A stretch of DNA of 64,000 bases from Minisyncoccota bacterium (GTDB lineage Bacteria; Patescibacteriota; Minisyncoccia; Phycocordibacterales; UBA9973): contig JBAZXO010000001.1 in assembly GCA_041659785.1 (NCBI GenBank), positions 241,649 to 305,648 on the forward strand. The letters run 5' to 3'. Positions 46,527-54,766 of this stretch are shown piece by piece. The first letter of the stretch is position 1. Each line of letters starts with the position of its first letter. The position numbers and the translations under genes were made by a program. Under the pieces are notes generated by a model. It was not told the DNA's origin. It did no database searches and saw only the letters and a program-made list of their open reading frames with translations.

Positions 46527-48536
46527 ATGAACAAAAATAACCATAAAATAAAAGAGCAAAAGAACAAATTGCAAGGCATCATATCTGTCTCCTCTAAGGG
46601 TACAGGATATGTCAAAGTTCTGGGACATGAAGAAGACATTGAAATTGATTTCAAGCACCTAAACACTGCACTACATGGAGACGTTGTAGAAATAATTACT
46701 CACAAAAAGGAAAGGGATAGGATCACTGGTGAAGTAACGAAAATAATATCCCGCGCAAAAACTCGTTTCACGGGAATTCTAGAAGAAGAAAACAAGCTAT
46801 TTTTTTTGAAACCAGATGATACGAAAATGTACACCGATATCTTAATTCCGAAAGAAAATTTAAATAATGCTAAAAATGGACAAAAGGTTTTCGTAGAAAT
46901 AACTTCATGGATTGATGCAAAGAAGGCCCCAATCGGAAAAGTGATAAAAGTTCTAGGACATCCAGGAGACAACAACACTGAGATGTATGCGATAGCGATA
47001 GAAAAAGGTTTCGACTCAGACCTTCCTGATAAAGTAGAAATTGAAGCAAAAAAAATAAAACAAAATGGTATAAAAGAAACTGACTATAAAGGGCGTCGCG
47101 ATTTTAGAAATACCTTAACTTTCACAATCGATCCCTCAGATGCGAAAGATTTCGATGATGCAATATCTTTCAAGGAAATTGCAAACGGAGAATATGAGAT
47201 AGGTATACACATTGCTGACGTTTCGTATTATGTAAAAAATGGTACTGCTTTAGATGAAGAGGCACGCGAGAGAGGAACTTCTGTTTATTTAGTAGACAGG
47301 ACAATACCAATGCTTCCGGAAATTCTTTCGAATGATTTGTGTTCCCTAGTTCCCAACAAAGATCGCCTCACCATGAGTGCCGTTTTCGTTGTTGATAAAA
47401 ATGCAAAAGTTAAGGGTGAATGGTTCGGCCGTACGATAATACATTCACAAAAAAGATTTACTTATGAGAGTGCTGAAGATGTAATAAAAATCGCCTCTTT
47501 GGCGATCCGCCGTGGAGGCGGAGTACTCAATGATCCATACCAACAAGCATTATTTACGCTTAATAACTTAGCAAAAAAATTAACCAAAGAAAGATTTGAA
47601 AAAGGAGCAATTTCGCTAGACCAAGAAGAGGTGAAATTTGTACTCGACGCAAATGGAGTGCCAATAAAAGTAATTAAAAAGGAACGCGGTGATTCAAATA
47701 GATTGATTGAGGAATTTATGCTTCTCGCAAATAAAAAAGTCGCAGAAGTTTTGTCACCCAGAAATATCAAGGGAATAAAAAGCTCGAAGATAACAGAAAA
47801 GGATGAAAGCGTATCTATATACAGAGTACACGACCTGCCAAGCAAAGAAAAAATGGCTGATTTAGCATTTTTCTTAAGAAGTTTAGGGCATAAAGTTTCT
47901 TTACAAAATGGCGTTATCCCTACCCATGAAATAAATAAACTTCTTTTAAGTTTAGCTGGGAAAAATGAAGCTGATACGGTAAATCGCGCAGTAATACGCT
48001 CCATGGCTAAAGCAATTTATTCTACGAAAAACATAGGGCATTACGGTCTCGCTTTTGAATATTATACTCACTTCACTTCCCCGATCAGACGCTATCCAGA
48101 CATCATTGTTCACAGACTCCTCACAAAATATCTTTCTGGTAATAAAACCAAAAAAGAAAATTTATTAAATGAATTGAAAGAGTATGAAAAGATTGCATTA
48201 GTTTCCTCAGACCAAGAAAAACGTGCTTCAGATGCCGAGCGAGCTTCTATAAAATATAAACAAGTGGAATATATGTCTAAACGTTTGGGTAAAAGTTTCG
48301 AAGGAGTCATCAGTGGTATGACCGAGTGGGGCATGTATGTAGAAGAAGTAGAGACAAAATGCGAGGGCCTAGTGCGAGTGCGAGACATGACTGACGATTT
48401 TTATATTTACAATGAAAAGAAATTAGAATTAGTTGGGCAAAAAAAGAAAAAGAGATACCGTCTAGGTGATAAGGTAAAGATAAGAGTAAAAGCAGTTGAC
48501 TTAGAAAGAAAAACTATTGATTACGCTTTAGTGTAA
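46527..48536 (+). CDS. rnr: Ribonuclease R
   Basis: TIDPSDAKDFDDA, HIADVS, RGTSVYL, HFTSPIRRYPD, C-terminal S1. Confidence 0.96.
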   Translation: MNKNNHKIKEQKNKLQGIISVSSKGTGYVKVLGHEEDIEIDFKHLNTALHGDVVEIITHKKERDRITGEVTKIISRAKTRFTGILEEENKLFFLKPDDTKMYTDILIPKENLNNAKNGQKVFVEITSWIDAKKAPIGKVIKVLGHPGDNNTEMYAIAIEKGFDSDLPDKVEIEAKKIKQNGIKETDYKGRRDFRNTLTFTIDPSDAKDFDDAISFKEIANGEYEIGIHIADVSYYVKNGTALDEEARERGTSVYLVDRTIPMLPEILSNDLCSLVPNKDRLTMSAVFVVDKNAKVKGEWFGRTIIHSQKRFTYESAEDVIKIASLAIRRGGGVLNDPYQQALFTLNNLAKKLTKERFEKGAISLDQEEVKFVLDANGVPIKVIKKERGDSNRLIEEFMLLANKKVAEVLSPRNIKGIKSSKITEKDESVSIYRVHDLPSKEKMADLAFFLRSLGHKVSLQNGVIPTHEINKLLLSLAGKNEADTVNRAVIRSMAKAIYSTKNIGHYGLAFEYYTHFTSPIRRYPDIIVHRLLTKYLSGNKTKKENLLNELKEYEKIALVSSDQEKRASDAERASIKYKQVEYMSKRLGKSFEGVISGMTEWGMYVEEVETKCEGLVRVRDMTDDFYIYNEKKLELVGQKKKKRYRLGDKVKIRVKAVDLERKTIDYALV

Positions 48537-48574
48537 ACACTATCAAACACCCAATGTTTAACAAGCCGTAATAT

Positions 48575-49090
48575 CTAATAACTATTCCCTATTGTTTTTA
48601 TAAAAGTGTTTGCTCCAGTTCCACCATATTGATAAAACAAACCACCACAATAGTTAGCACCCGGGTCAGGACCCTTTGCTTCTTCTGTCCGATATACAAA
48701 CATATAAAATGGCCCACAATTAACATAGGAATATGCACCACCATTAATACCCCAAATATTTGGATCTGTGCTCTGGTTTGGATCTTTTGCAAGACTACCA
48801 AGAAAAGGAGCTAATTGTGTAGCCAAACTTGTCCAAGAATTATCGCTACTATTTGACCAACCAGCATTAGGTGCTGTTGCTCCCCCAGAAATTGGATAAG
48901 TACCATTTGTGTTAAAATATAATTCTATCGCTAGAATAATTTGATGAACATCAGATTTTCTTTTTGCATCACGTCCTCTTAATCTAGCTGGACTTAATGC
49001 AGCAAAAATTACTGTCGCTAAAAGACCGACAATTGCCACAACAACTAAAAGTTCGATAAGAGTAAAACCTTTTCTTTCATTTTTAAACAT
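48575..49090 (-). CDS. Type IV pilin / GspG-like prepilin
   Basis: KGFTLIELLVVVAIVGLLA N-methylation motif, RDAKRKSD; start placed at ATG 49090. Confidence 0.92.
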   Translation of the reverse strand: MFKNERKGFTLIELLVVVAIVGLLATVIFAALSPARLRGRDAKRKSDVHQIILAIELYFNTNGTYPISGGATAPNAGWSNSSDNSWTSLATQLAPFLGSLAKDPNQSTDPNIWGINGGAYSYVNCGPFYMFVYRTEEAKGPDPGANYCGGLFYQYGGTGANTFIKTIGNSY

Positions 49091-49140
49091 ACAGTTCATA
49101 TTATACAACTTAAATCTACGACAAGACAATTAAAAAAAAA

Positions 49141-49175
49141 TTATTTAGCAATCTGGGTCGCTTCGTCGAATTTTA
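49141..49175 (-). pseudogene. Remnant duplicate of the smc 3' end (KFDEATQIAK-stop)
   Basis: 31/35 nt identical to 50499-50533; all 4 differences synonymous. Confidence 0.85.
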
Positions 49176-49926
49176 ACTGTCAAACACCCGATGTTTGACA
49201 GTTTAGTCAGTCTAAATTAAACTCTTCCCTCTTTTCTTTTACTCCACTAGTTTTAATAAAATAATTGTATTCATTTTTGTTTTTAAATTGTTCAAGGATA
49301 ATTTCATTTTTTAAAATCTCACCAAAACGATTTTCTTTAATATAATCCTGATAACTTGACCAAGGAAAAATATTTTCTTTTCCCTTCCACTCATTTAATT
49401 CTTTTGGATTCAAATGCACATAAGCAGAAAGATGCAGAAGCTGTTCATTGTCTTCAACATGAACTGCTTTATACGGTCCTTCAAAAAGATGCCCAGAAAC
49501 ACCATATCGAGTGTTAAAATATTTTGTATAAGAATTTAAAACACGTTGCATGTATTTACCTATTCCTCTTTCTTTAGTTTCTTTTATGATAAGGTGGAAA
49601 TGGTTGGGCATCAAAGCAAAACCGGTCAATTCCACAAATCTCTTTGAGATTAAGTTACTTTTTACATCATTATCAATGTCAAACACCCGATGTTTGACAT
49701 AGGAAGAAACAATTCTAGAAATTTGAGGAAAATTATTCTCTGCTTGAAAATATAAAATTAGAAAAAGAAAACGAATTCGATCTCTATCGTCTTTAAAAAT
49801 TATTTTCTTTCCTACTCCCCTATTATAAATATGATAATATTCATTTACTGCAATATTGTCTCGGTTCATTATTTTATTTTACTACCAACGAAGAAAAACT
49901 GTCAAACATCGGGTGTTTGACAGTTT
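49175..49926. mobile_element. REP-flanked RAYT module
   Basis: Palindromes TGTCAAACA-cccga-TGTTTGACA at 49175-49203 and 49676-49700 (intragenic), inverted copy at 49896-49926, degenerate copy at 48543-48563. Confidence 0.85.
49207..49869 (-). CDS. REP-associated tyrosine transposase (RAYT, Y1/HUH, IS200-like)
   Basis: YHIYNRG, LMPNHFHL (HUH), GHLFEGPYKA, YVHLNP, WSSY. Confidence 0.92.
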   Translation of the reverse strand: MNRDNIAVNEYYHIYNRGVGKKIIFKDDRDRIRFLFLILYFQAENNFPQISRIVSSYVKHRVFDIDNDVKSNLISKRFVELTGFALMPNHFHLIIKETKERGIGKYMQRVLNSYTKYFNTRYGVSGHLFEGPYKAVHVEDNEQLLHLSAYVHLNPKELNEWKGKENIFPWSSYQDYIKENRFGEILKNEIILEQFKNKNEYNYFIKTSGVKEKREEFNLD

Positions 49927-50473
49927 AATTAATCAATTTAAAAGTTTTCATTATGTCTGGAATTTGTAAAAGTAATTTAATTTCACTATCATTAAGCCCA
50001 TAAATTTTGACTAAGGAGCGCACATCATAATCATTAGAAACAAAAACATTATTTTGGTTCTCTGCCAAAAACTTATAGCCACTCGCATAAAGTGGATATT
50101 TATAATAAAAATCCTTAGAAATTATTATTATTTGTATATCACCAGTTCCCCTAGTAGAGTTTTTATCTATTATTTTAAAATTAACACTGTGTCTATACTC
50201 TGAGTTTAATTCATCCCCAAAAGAAACAATATACCCTCTCCAATCATAAGGGAAAGTTAATTCAAATCCATAATCTTTATTAGCGTACGTATTCGAGCCA
50301 ATCAGCCAACTAACTGGGGTAATTTTATTATTTATATTTTTTGTATTTCCATTCTTTTCTGTAATTATATTTGAGCTTTGAGACCCTGCATAATAATACC
50401 CAATCGCACATAAAAGTGTCAGAACAATTATAACTGCAATGAATTTCAAGGGATTTTTTTCTAATTTTTCCAT
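49925..50473 (-). CDS. Hypothetical membrane-anchored protein
   Basis: N-terminal TM, TYANKDYGFELTFPYDW motif, C-terminal IMKTFK; start placed at ATG 50473. Confidence 0.75.
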   Translation of the reverse strand: MEKLEKNPLKFIAVIIVLTLLCAIGYYYAGSQSSNIITEKNGNTKNINNKITPVSWLIGSNTYANKDYGFELTFPYDWRGYIVSFGDELNSEYRHSVNFKIIDKNSTRGTGDIQIIIISKDFYYKYPLYASGYKFLAENQNNVFVSNDYDVRSLVKIYGLNDSEIKLLLQIPDIMKTFKLIN

Positions 50474-50498
50474 ATATCGAAAGCTTACTACTTTAATC

Positions 50499-52634
50499 TT
50501 ACTTGGCAATCTGTGTTGCTTCGTCGAATTTTACTGAGAGGAGTTTGGATGCGCCGTCGGAGCCTATAGTGACGCCGTAGAGTATGCCAGCGCGAGACAT
50601 CGTCTCGCGATTGTGAGTGACGACGATGAGCTGAGATTTATGAGAAAGTTTCTCCAACATATCTCCGTATTTTCTAGAATTTGCTTCATCGAGGGCTGCA
50701 TCCGTTTCATCGAGCACGAGGAATGGTGGCGGATTCACTTGTGACATAGCGAAGAGAAGTGCGATAGAGGTTAGGGATCTTTCCCCTCCTGAAAAGGCAT
50801 TGAGTTCTTTTACTTTCTTGTGTGGAAGAGAAACATTTATTTCTATTCCGTGCTCAATTACGACTTCTTCGTCATCTTCTTCTTCAAAATCCAATTCCTC
50901 TTCCGACTCCTCGTCGGATCGCCGTCGAGGCGATTTCTTAATTTCAACAATAGAAAGCGATCCATGTCCCCCGCCGAACATCAGAGAGAAGAACTCCTGA
51001 AATTCCACATTTATTTTCTTTATACCCTCTTTAAATTCTATATCAATTTTTTCTTTCAAGTCGGCAATGAGCTTCTGTAAAGATTCAATACTTTTTTCTA
51101 AATCCTCCATCTCTTTTAACAAGAATTGGTCACGCTCAGAAACTTCCTTATATTCTTTCATTAATTCTGCCCCGTTTCCAAGTCCTGCGTCTTCTAATTT
51201 TATTTTTATACGCTCAATTTTTCTCTTTAAATCTTCCTGACTAATTCCCTCACCCTCTATTTGGAAATTCTTGTAAGATAAAATCTCTGCACCTATTAAA
51301 GCTGAGCCTTCTTTTATCTCATTTTCGAATGCCTCATTTCTACTCGTTAGATTTCTCTCTCTTATAGACACAAGTTCCAAGGCAGAAGATAATTCTTGAT
51401 GCTTAACCTTAAAGGCAAATTTCTCCCTTTCCAAGTCACGCAAGGCTTCCATTTCTTTATTTATCTCTTGTTTTAATGTTTCTATAGAATGAGCCAGCTT
51501 TTCCTCTTCCTCTTGTAATTTTTGTATTTCAGTAACAACATTAATCTGTGAATTTTTTAATTCTTCCAATTCTTTTTCTTCATTATGTTTTTTTTCTATT
51601 TGTTCCTCTCCATTATCTTTAATCTCATTTCCACACAATGGACATCTGCCAGAAATTTTTACCTTATTTTCCCTTATTTCTAAAATTCCTTCTATGCGTC
51701 CAAGCTTGCGTTCAAGTTCATTCTTTAATCCATGAGTAATGTTTATTTTTTGCTCAATAGTTTTCAATTCCTCCAATTTTTTATTTCCGCCGGCGGTGTT
51801 ACTGTCTTCAGTGATGGAAATTTTACTATTAACACTCTTGATCTCCGCCTCGAGGTGGCTTCTCTCCTCTTTTAAATTATCTTTTTCTTTTTCTAAATAA
51901 ACACTCTCATTTTTTAAATATTCTCTATAAAGAGAGGTTAACTCCCCTTGCATTTCTTTTGTTTTTTCAAATTTTTCTACTTGTTTCTTTAAGAAATTAA
52001 TATGTGGAGCATTTTCTCTGCGCAAGAGAACAATTTCTTTCATATTTTCATTTGTTCTTTCTAGTTTTCTCTCACTTTCTTTTATTTTGTATTGATATAT
52101 TTTGAGCCCGAGCGCGTCTTCTACCATTTCCTTTCTGTCTCTAGAATTCGCATTCAGAATTCTGTCAGCCTCACCTTGAGAAATGATGTGGTGCCCAGAA
52201 GAACCGATGTTCACCGAAGCGAGCAAGTTATGAATATCTTTCAATCTAACTTCTGTCCCATTTAAAATATATTTATTTAACCCATCAGAAAAAACCTCCC
52301 GAGAAATCGAGATAACGTCGTAATTCAAATTTATATCTTCTCCCCCATCGTTCGTTAGTTTAAAAACTTTATCAGTATTATTAAAAAATATAGTAACCGC
52401 CGCACGAGAACCTTTTGCTAAATTTTTCGAACCCTTAAAGACAAGGTCTGATCCTCCCTTTCCACGCATTGATTTCATTGATTGTTCACCCAGAACAAAG
52501 CGAATAGATTCTACGACGTTAGACTTTCCAGATCCATTCGGACCCACGATAGAAACGATAGGACTTTCAAACTCCAAAACAGTTTTTTGGGCAAAGGATT
52601 TAAAACCATTTAATTGAAGTGTTTTGAGTCGCAT
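50499..52634 (-). CDS. smc: Smc-family ATPase, short (711 aa), no recognisable hinge, central CPLC
   Basis: GFKSFA, GPNGSGKSN, LGEQS, IISQG, SGGERSL, LDETDAALDEAN, VTH; downstream of rnc. Confidence 0.9.
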   Translation of the reverse strand: MRLKTLQLNGFKSFAQKTVLEFESPIVSIVGPNGSGKSNVVESIRFVLGEQSMKSMRGKGGSDLVFKGSKNLAKGSRAAVTIFFNNTDKVFKLTNDGGEDINLNYDVISISREVFSDGLNKYILNGTEVRLKDIHNLLASVNIGSSGHHIISQGEADRILNANSRDRKEMVEDALGLKIYQYKIKESERKLERTNENMKEIVLLRRENAPHINFLKKQVEKFEKTKEMQGELTSLYREYLKNESVYLEKEKDNLKEERSHLEAEIKSVNSKISITEDSNTAGGNKKLEELKTIEQKINITHGLKNELERKLGRIEGILEIRENKVKISGRCPLCGNEIKDNGEEQIEKKHNEEKELEELKNSQINVVTEIQKLQEEEEKLAHSIETLKQEINKEMEALRDLEREKFAFKVKHQELSSALELVSIRERNLTSRNEAFENEIKEGSALIGAEILSYKNFQIEGEGISQEDLKRKIERIKIKLEDAGLGNGAELMKEYKEVSERDQFLLKEMEDLEKSIESLQKLIADLKEKIDIEFKEGIKKINVEFQEFFSLMFGGGHGSLSIVEIKKSPRRRSDEESEEELDFEEEDDEEVVIEHGIEINVSLPHKKVKELNAFSGGERSLTSIALLFAMSQVNPPPFLVLDETDAALDEANSRKYGDMLEKLSHKSQLIVVTHNRETMSRAGILYGVTIGSDGASKLLSVKFDEATQIAK

Positions 52635-52649
52635 ATTATAATCGTTTTT

Positions 52650-53345
52650 CTAGTCTAACCAATTTTTTACTTTTAATGCATTTTCGGCTGCTTTCTGTTC
52701 AGCTTCCTGTTTACTTTTACCCTTACCTTCAGCGATTAAATCTGTACCGAAATAAACACCTACAGTAAAATGTTTGTCGTGGTCTGGACCTGACTCGTGC
52801 AGAACTTTATACAAAGGAGTAACTGATACAAATTCTTGCGCACGCTCTTGTATCAAACTTTTTGCATCACGCCAAAGCTTTTTATTTACTATTTCCTCTG
52901 TTTCTGGTAAAAGAGTTTTCGCTATAAACTTTTCTACCACATCATAACCTTGGTCTAAATACATCGCACCGACAAGTGCTTCATAAGTATTTGCTAAAAT
53001 ATATTGTCTAGCTTTGCCGAAATCTTTTGCTTCACCTTTAGACAAAAGTAAATAATCATTCATTCCTATCTTCGAAGCAATCTCAGAAATAATAATAGCA
53101 TTCACGAGCGCTGAACGAAGAGCCGTCAATTGTCCTTCTGCATAATTTGGATATTTCTTGTAAAGAAAATCTGTGACAATGAGCTCGAGCACTGCATCAC
53201 CTAAAAACTCCAAACGTTCATTGTGAGAAATATCCGTTTTGGGATTCTCATTTATATAAGAACGATGTGTAAAAGACTGCTTGAGTAATTCTTTGTTTTT
53301 AAAAACTACTTTTATTTTTTTTTCAAAATCTGAAAATTGTATCAT
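52650..53345 (-). CDS. rnc: Ribonuclease III
   Basis: NERLEFLGDAVL signature plus dsRBD. Confidence 0.97.
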   Translation of the reverse strand: MIQFSDFEKKIKVVFKNKELLKQSFTHRSYINENPKTDISHNERLEFLGDAVLELIVTDFLYKKYPNYAEGQLTALRSALVNAIIISEIASKIGMNDYLLLSKGEAKDFGKARQYILANTYEALVGAMYLDQGYDVVEKFIAKTLLPETEEIVNKKLWRDAKSLIQERAQEFVSVTPLYKVLHESGPDHDKHFTVGVYFGTDLIAEGKGKSKQEAEQKAAENALKVKNWLD

Positions 53346-53354
53346 TTGTTTTTC

Positions 53355-54317
53355 TTATTTTTTGCTTATAATTTCAATTGCTTTGGTAATCAAAGGAATT
53401 ATGTCGTTATAAATACGTAATTCTGGAATAGCTGAAAGCTGAAACCATCTTGCTCCATCGAGTCCACCGGACTTTTCAAGCTCGAGCTCTTTGTGTTCAC
53501 TTTTAGCTAAAAAATACACTACCTTTTTTAAACTTTTTCCTTTTTCTGGGTGAGATGCGACGTATTCATTCTCCCCTAATTTCTCTTCTATATGTATATC
53601 GAGCCCAATTTCTTTCTTGATTGCTTTAATCGTGCCATTTTTAACATCATCTCCTGCCTCTATTTTTCCTTTAGATAAAGTCCAATAACCAAAAACATCA
53701 TGAACAAAAGCAAACAAAACATCTCCATCATCCTTGTTGTCTCTCTTCGTATAAACCAATGCTCCGCCCAAATTCTCGACTGGTAACTTCGTAATATCTA
53801 CCGGCTCTTCTAATTTTTTCTTTTTACTAATTTGTTCTTTGCCTGGTTCACCTATTTCTTTATAAACAGCGCCGAGTACGCCGTTTACAAATTTGCTAGA
53901 ATTTTCTCCGCCAAATGTTTTTGCTAGTTCTATCGCTTCATTTATAGCCACCTTCGGAGGTACTTCATTTCTATCACCAAAAATAAGCTCAGCTAAGCCG
54001 ATTCTTAAAATATTCCTATCAATTATAGAAATTTTATCAATAGGCCAGTCTGGTGCAGCTTTTTCTATAATCTCATCTATGACTGCACGCTTTTTTAATA
54101 CTTGATCTATGAGAGAAAACACAAAAGCCTCGTCCTCGTGACCAGGAGCGAATTCTTTCAAATTTCTTTTTAATACGTCTCTAATTTCCTCACTTGTAGG
54201 ATTATTGCTTTTTTCCCGCCCGACCGAACGGTCGTTCGGGCGGGTATCGCCCGACTGGAAATCCCACTCAAAAAGCGTCTGGAGCACTATTGATCTTGAA
54301 AGGTGCCTATTTGCCAT
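53355..54317 (-). CDS. nusB: NusB fused to a degenerate NUDIX-fold domain
   Basis: IDRNILRIG, PKVAINEAIELAKTFG, FVNGVLG; C-terminal WTLSKGKIEAG..KEIGL. Confidence 0.9.
   Translation of the reverse strand: MANRHLSRSIVLQTLFEWDFQSGDTRPNDRSVGREKSNNPTSEEIRDVLKRNLKEFAPGHEDEAFVFSLIDQVLKKRAVIDEIIEKAAPDWPIDKISIIDRNILRIGLAELIFGDRNEVPPKVAINEAIELAKTFGGENSSKFVNGVLGAVYKEIGEPGKEQISKKKKLEEPVDITKLPVENLGGALVYTKRDNKDDGDVLFAFVHDVFGYWTLSKGKIEAGDDVKNGTIKAIKKEIGLDIHIEEKLGENEYVASHPEKGKSLKKVVYFLAKSEHKELELEKSGGLDGARWFQLSAIPELRIYNDIIPLITKAIEIISKK
54215..54244. repeat. 30-nt GC-rich palindrome in frame in nusB
   Basis: CCCGCCCGA ccgaacggtcgt TCGGGCGGG, encodes TRPNDRSVGRE. Confidence 0.8.
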
Positions 54318-54395
54318 ATACTAGTTATAAAGTTATCAAGTTCTTAAAGTCCATAAAGTGAACACTTTTAACTTTCCACTTTACAACTTTATGAA

Positions 54396-54620
54396 CTAGC
54401 TCTTTGCAAGAGCTGCTTTAGCTTTCTTTTGCTTCTTTTCAGTCTTTTTTATTAAATCTAAAACTTTTTTACCGCGGTAAAAACCACAAGATGAGCAAAC
54501 TGTGTGTCTTCTCTTCAAAGCTTTGCAATTTTCACACTTAGAAAAGCTCGTACTCAGAAGCGCGTGGTGAGAGCGTCTGTTCTTCGTATGCGATTTTGTA
54601 TGTCTCATTCGTACTACCAT
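54396..54620 (-). CDS. rpmF: 50S ribosomal protein L32
   Basis: RRSHHAL..CENC..RHTVCSSCGFYRG. Confidence 0.96.
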   Translation of the reverse strand: MVVRMRHTKSHTKNRRSHHALLSTSFSKCENCKALKRRHTVCSSCGFYRGKKVLDLIKKTEKKQKKAKAALAKS

Positions 54621-54673
54621 AATAAATACATCCTAACATATTATAGATGAAATGCAAAATTTAATTTCATCTA

Positions 54674-54720
54674 CCCCTACCCAGCCTCCCCCTACAGTAG
54701 GGGGAGGAGAAAGGAGGGGG
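54674..54720. repeat. Palindromic element family A, intergenic
   Basis: CCCCTACCCAG-CCTCCCCCTAC a GTAGGGGGAGG-AGAAAGGAGGGG. Confidence 0.75.
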
Positions 54721-54766
54721 TACACTGAGATTTTTAAAAAAAGCAAAGTATGATAATATAAATACT

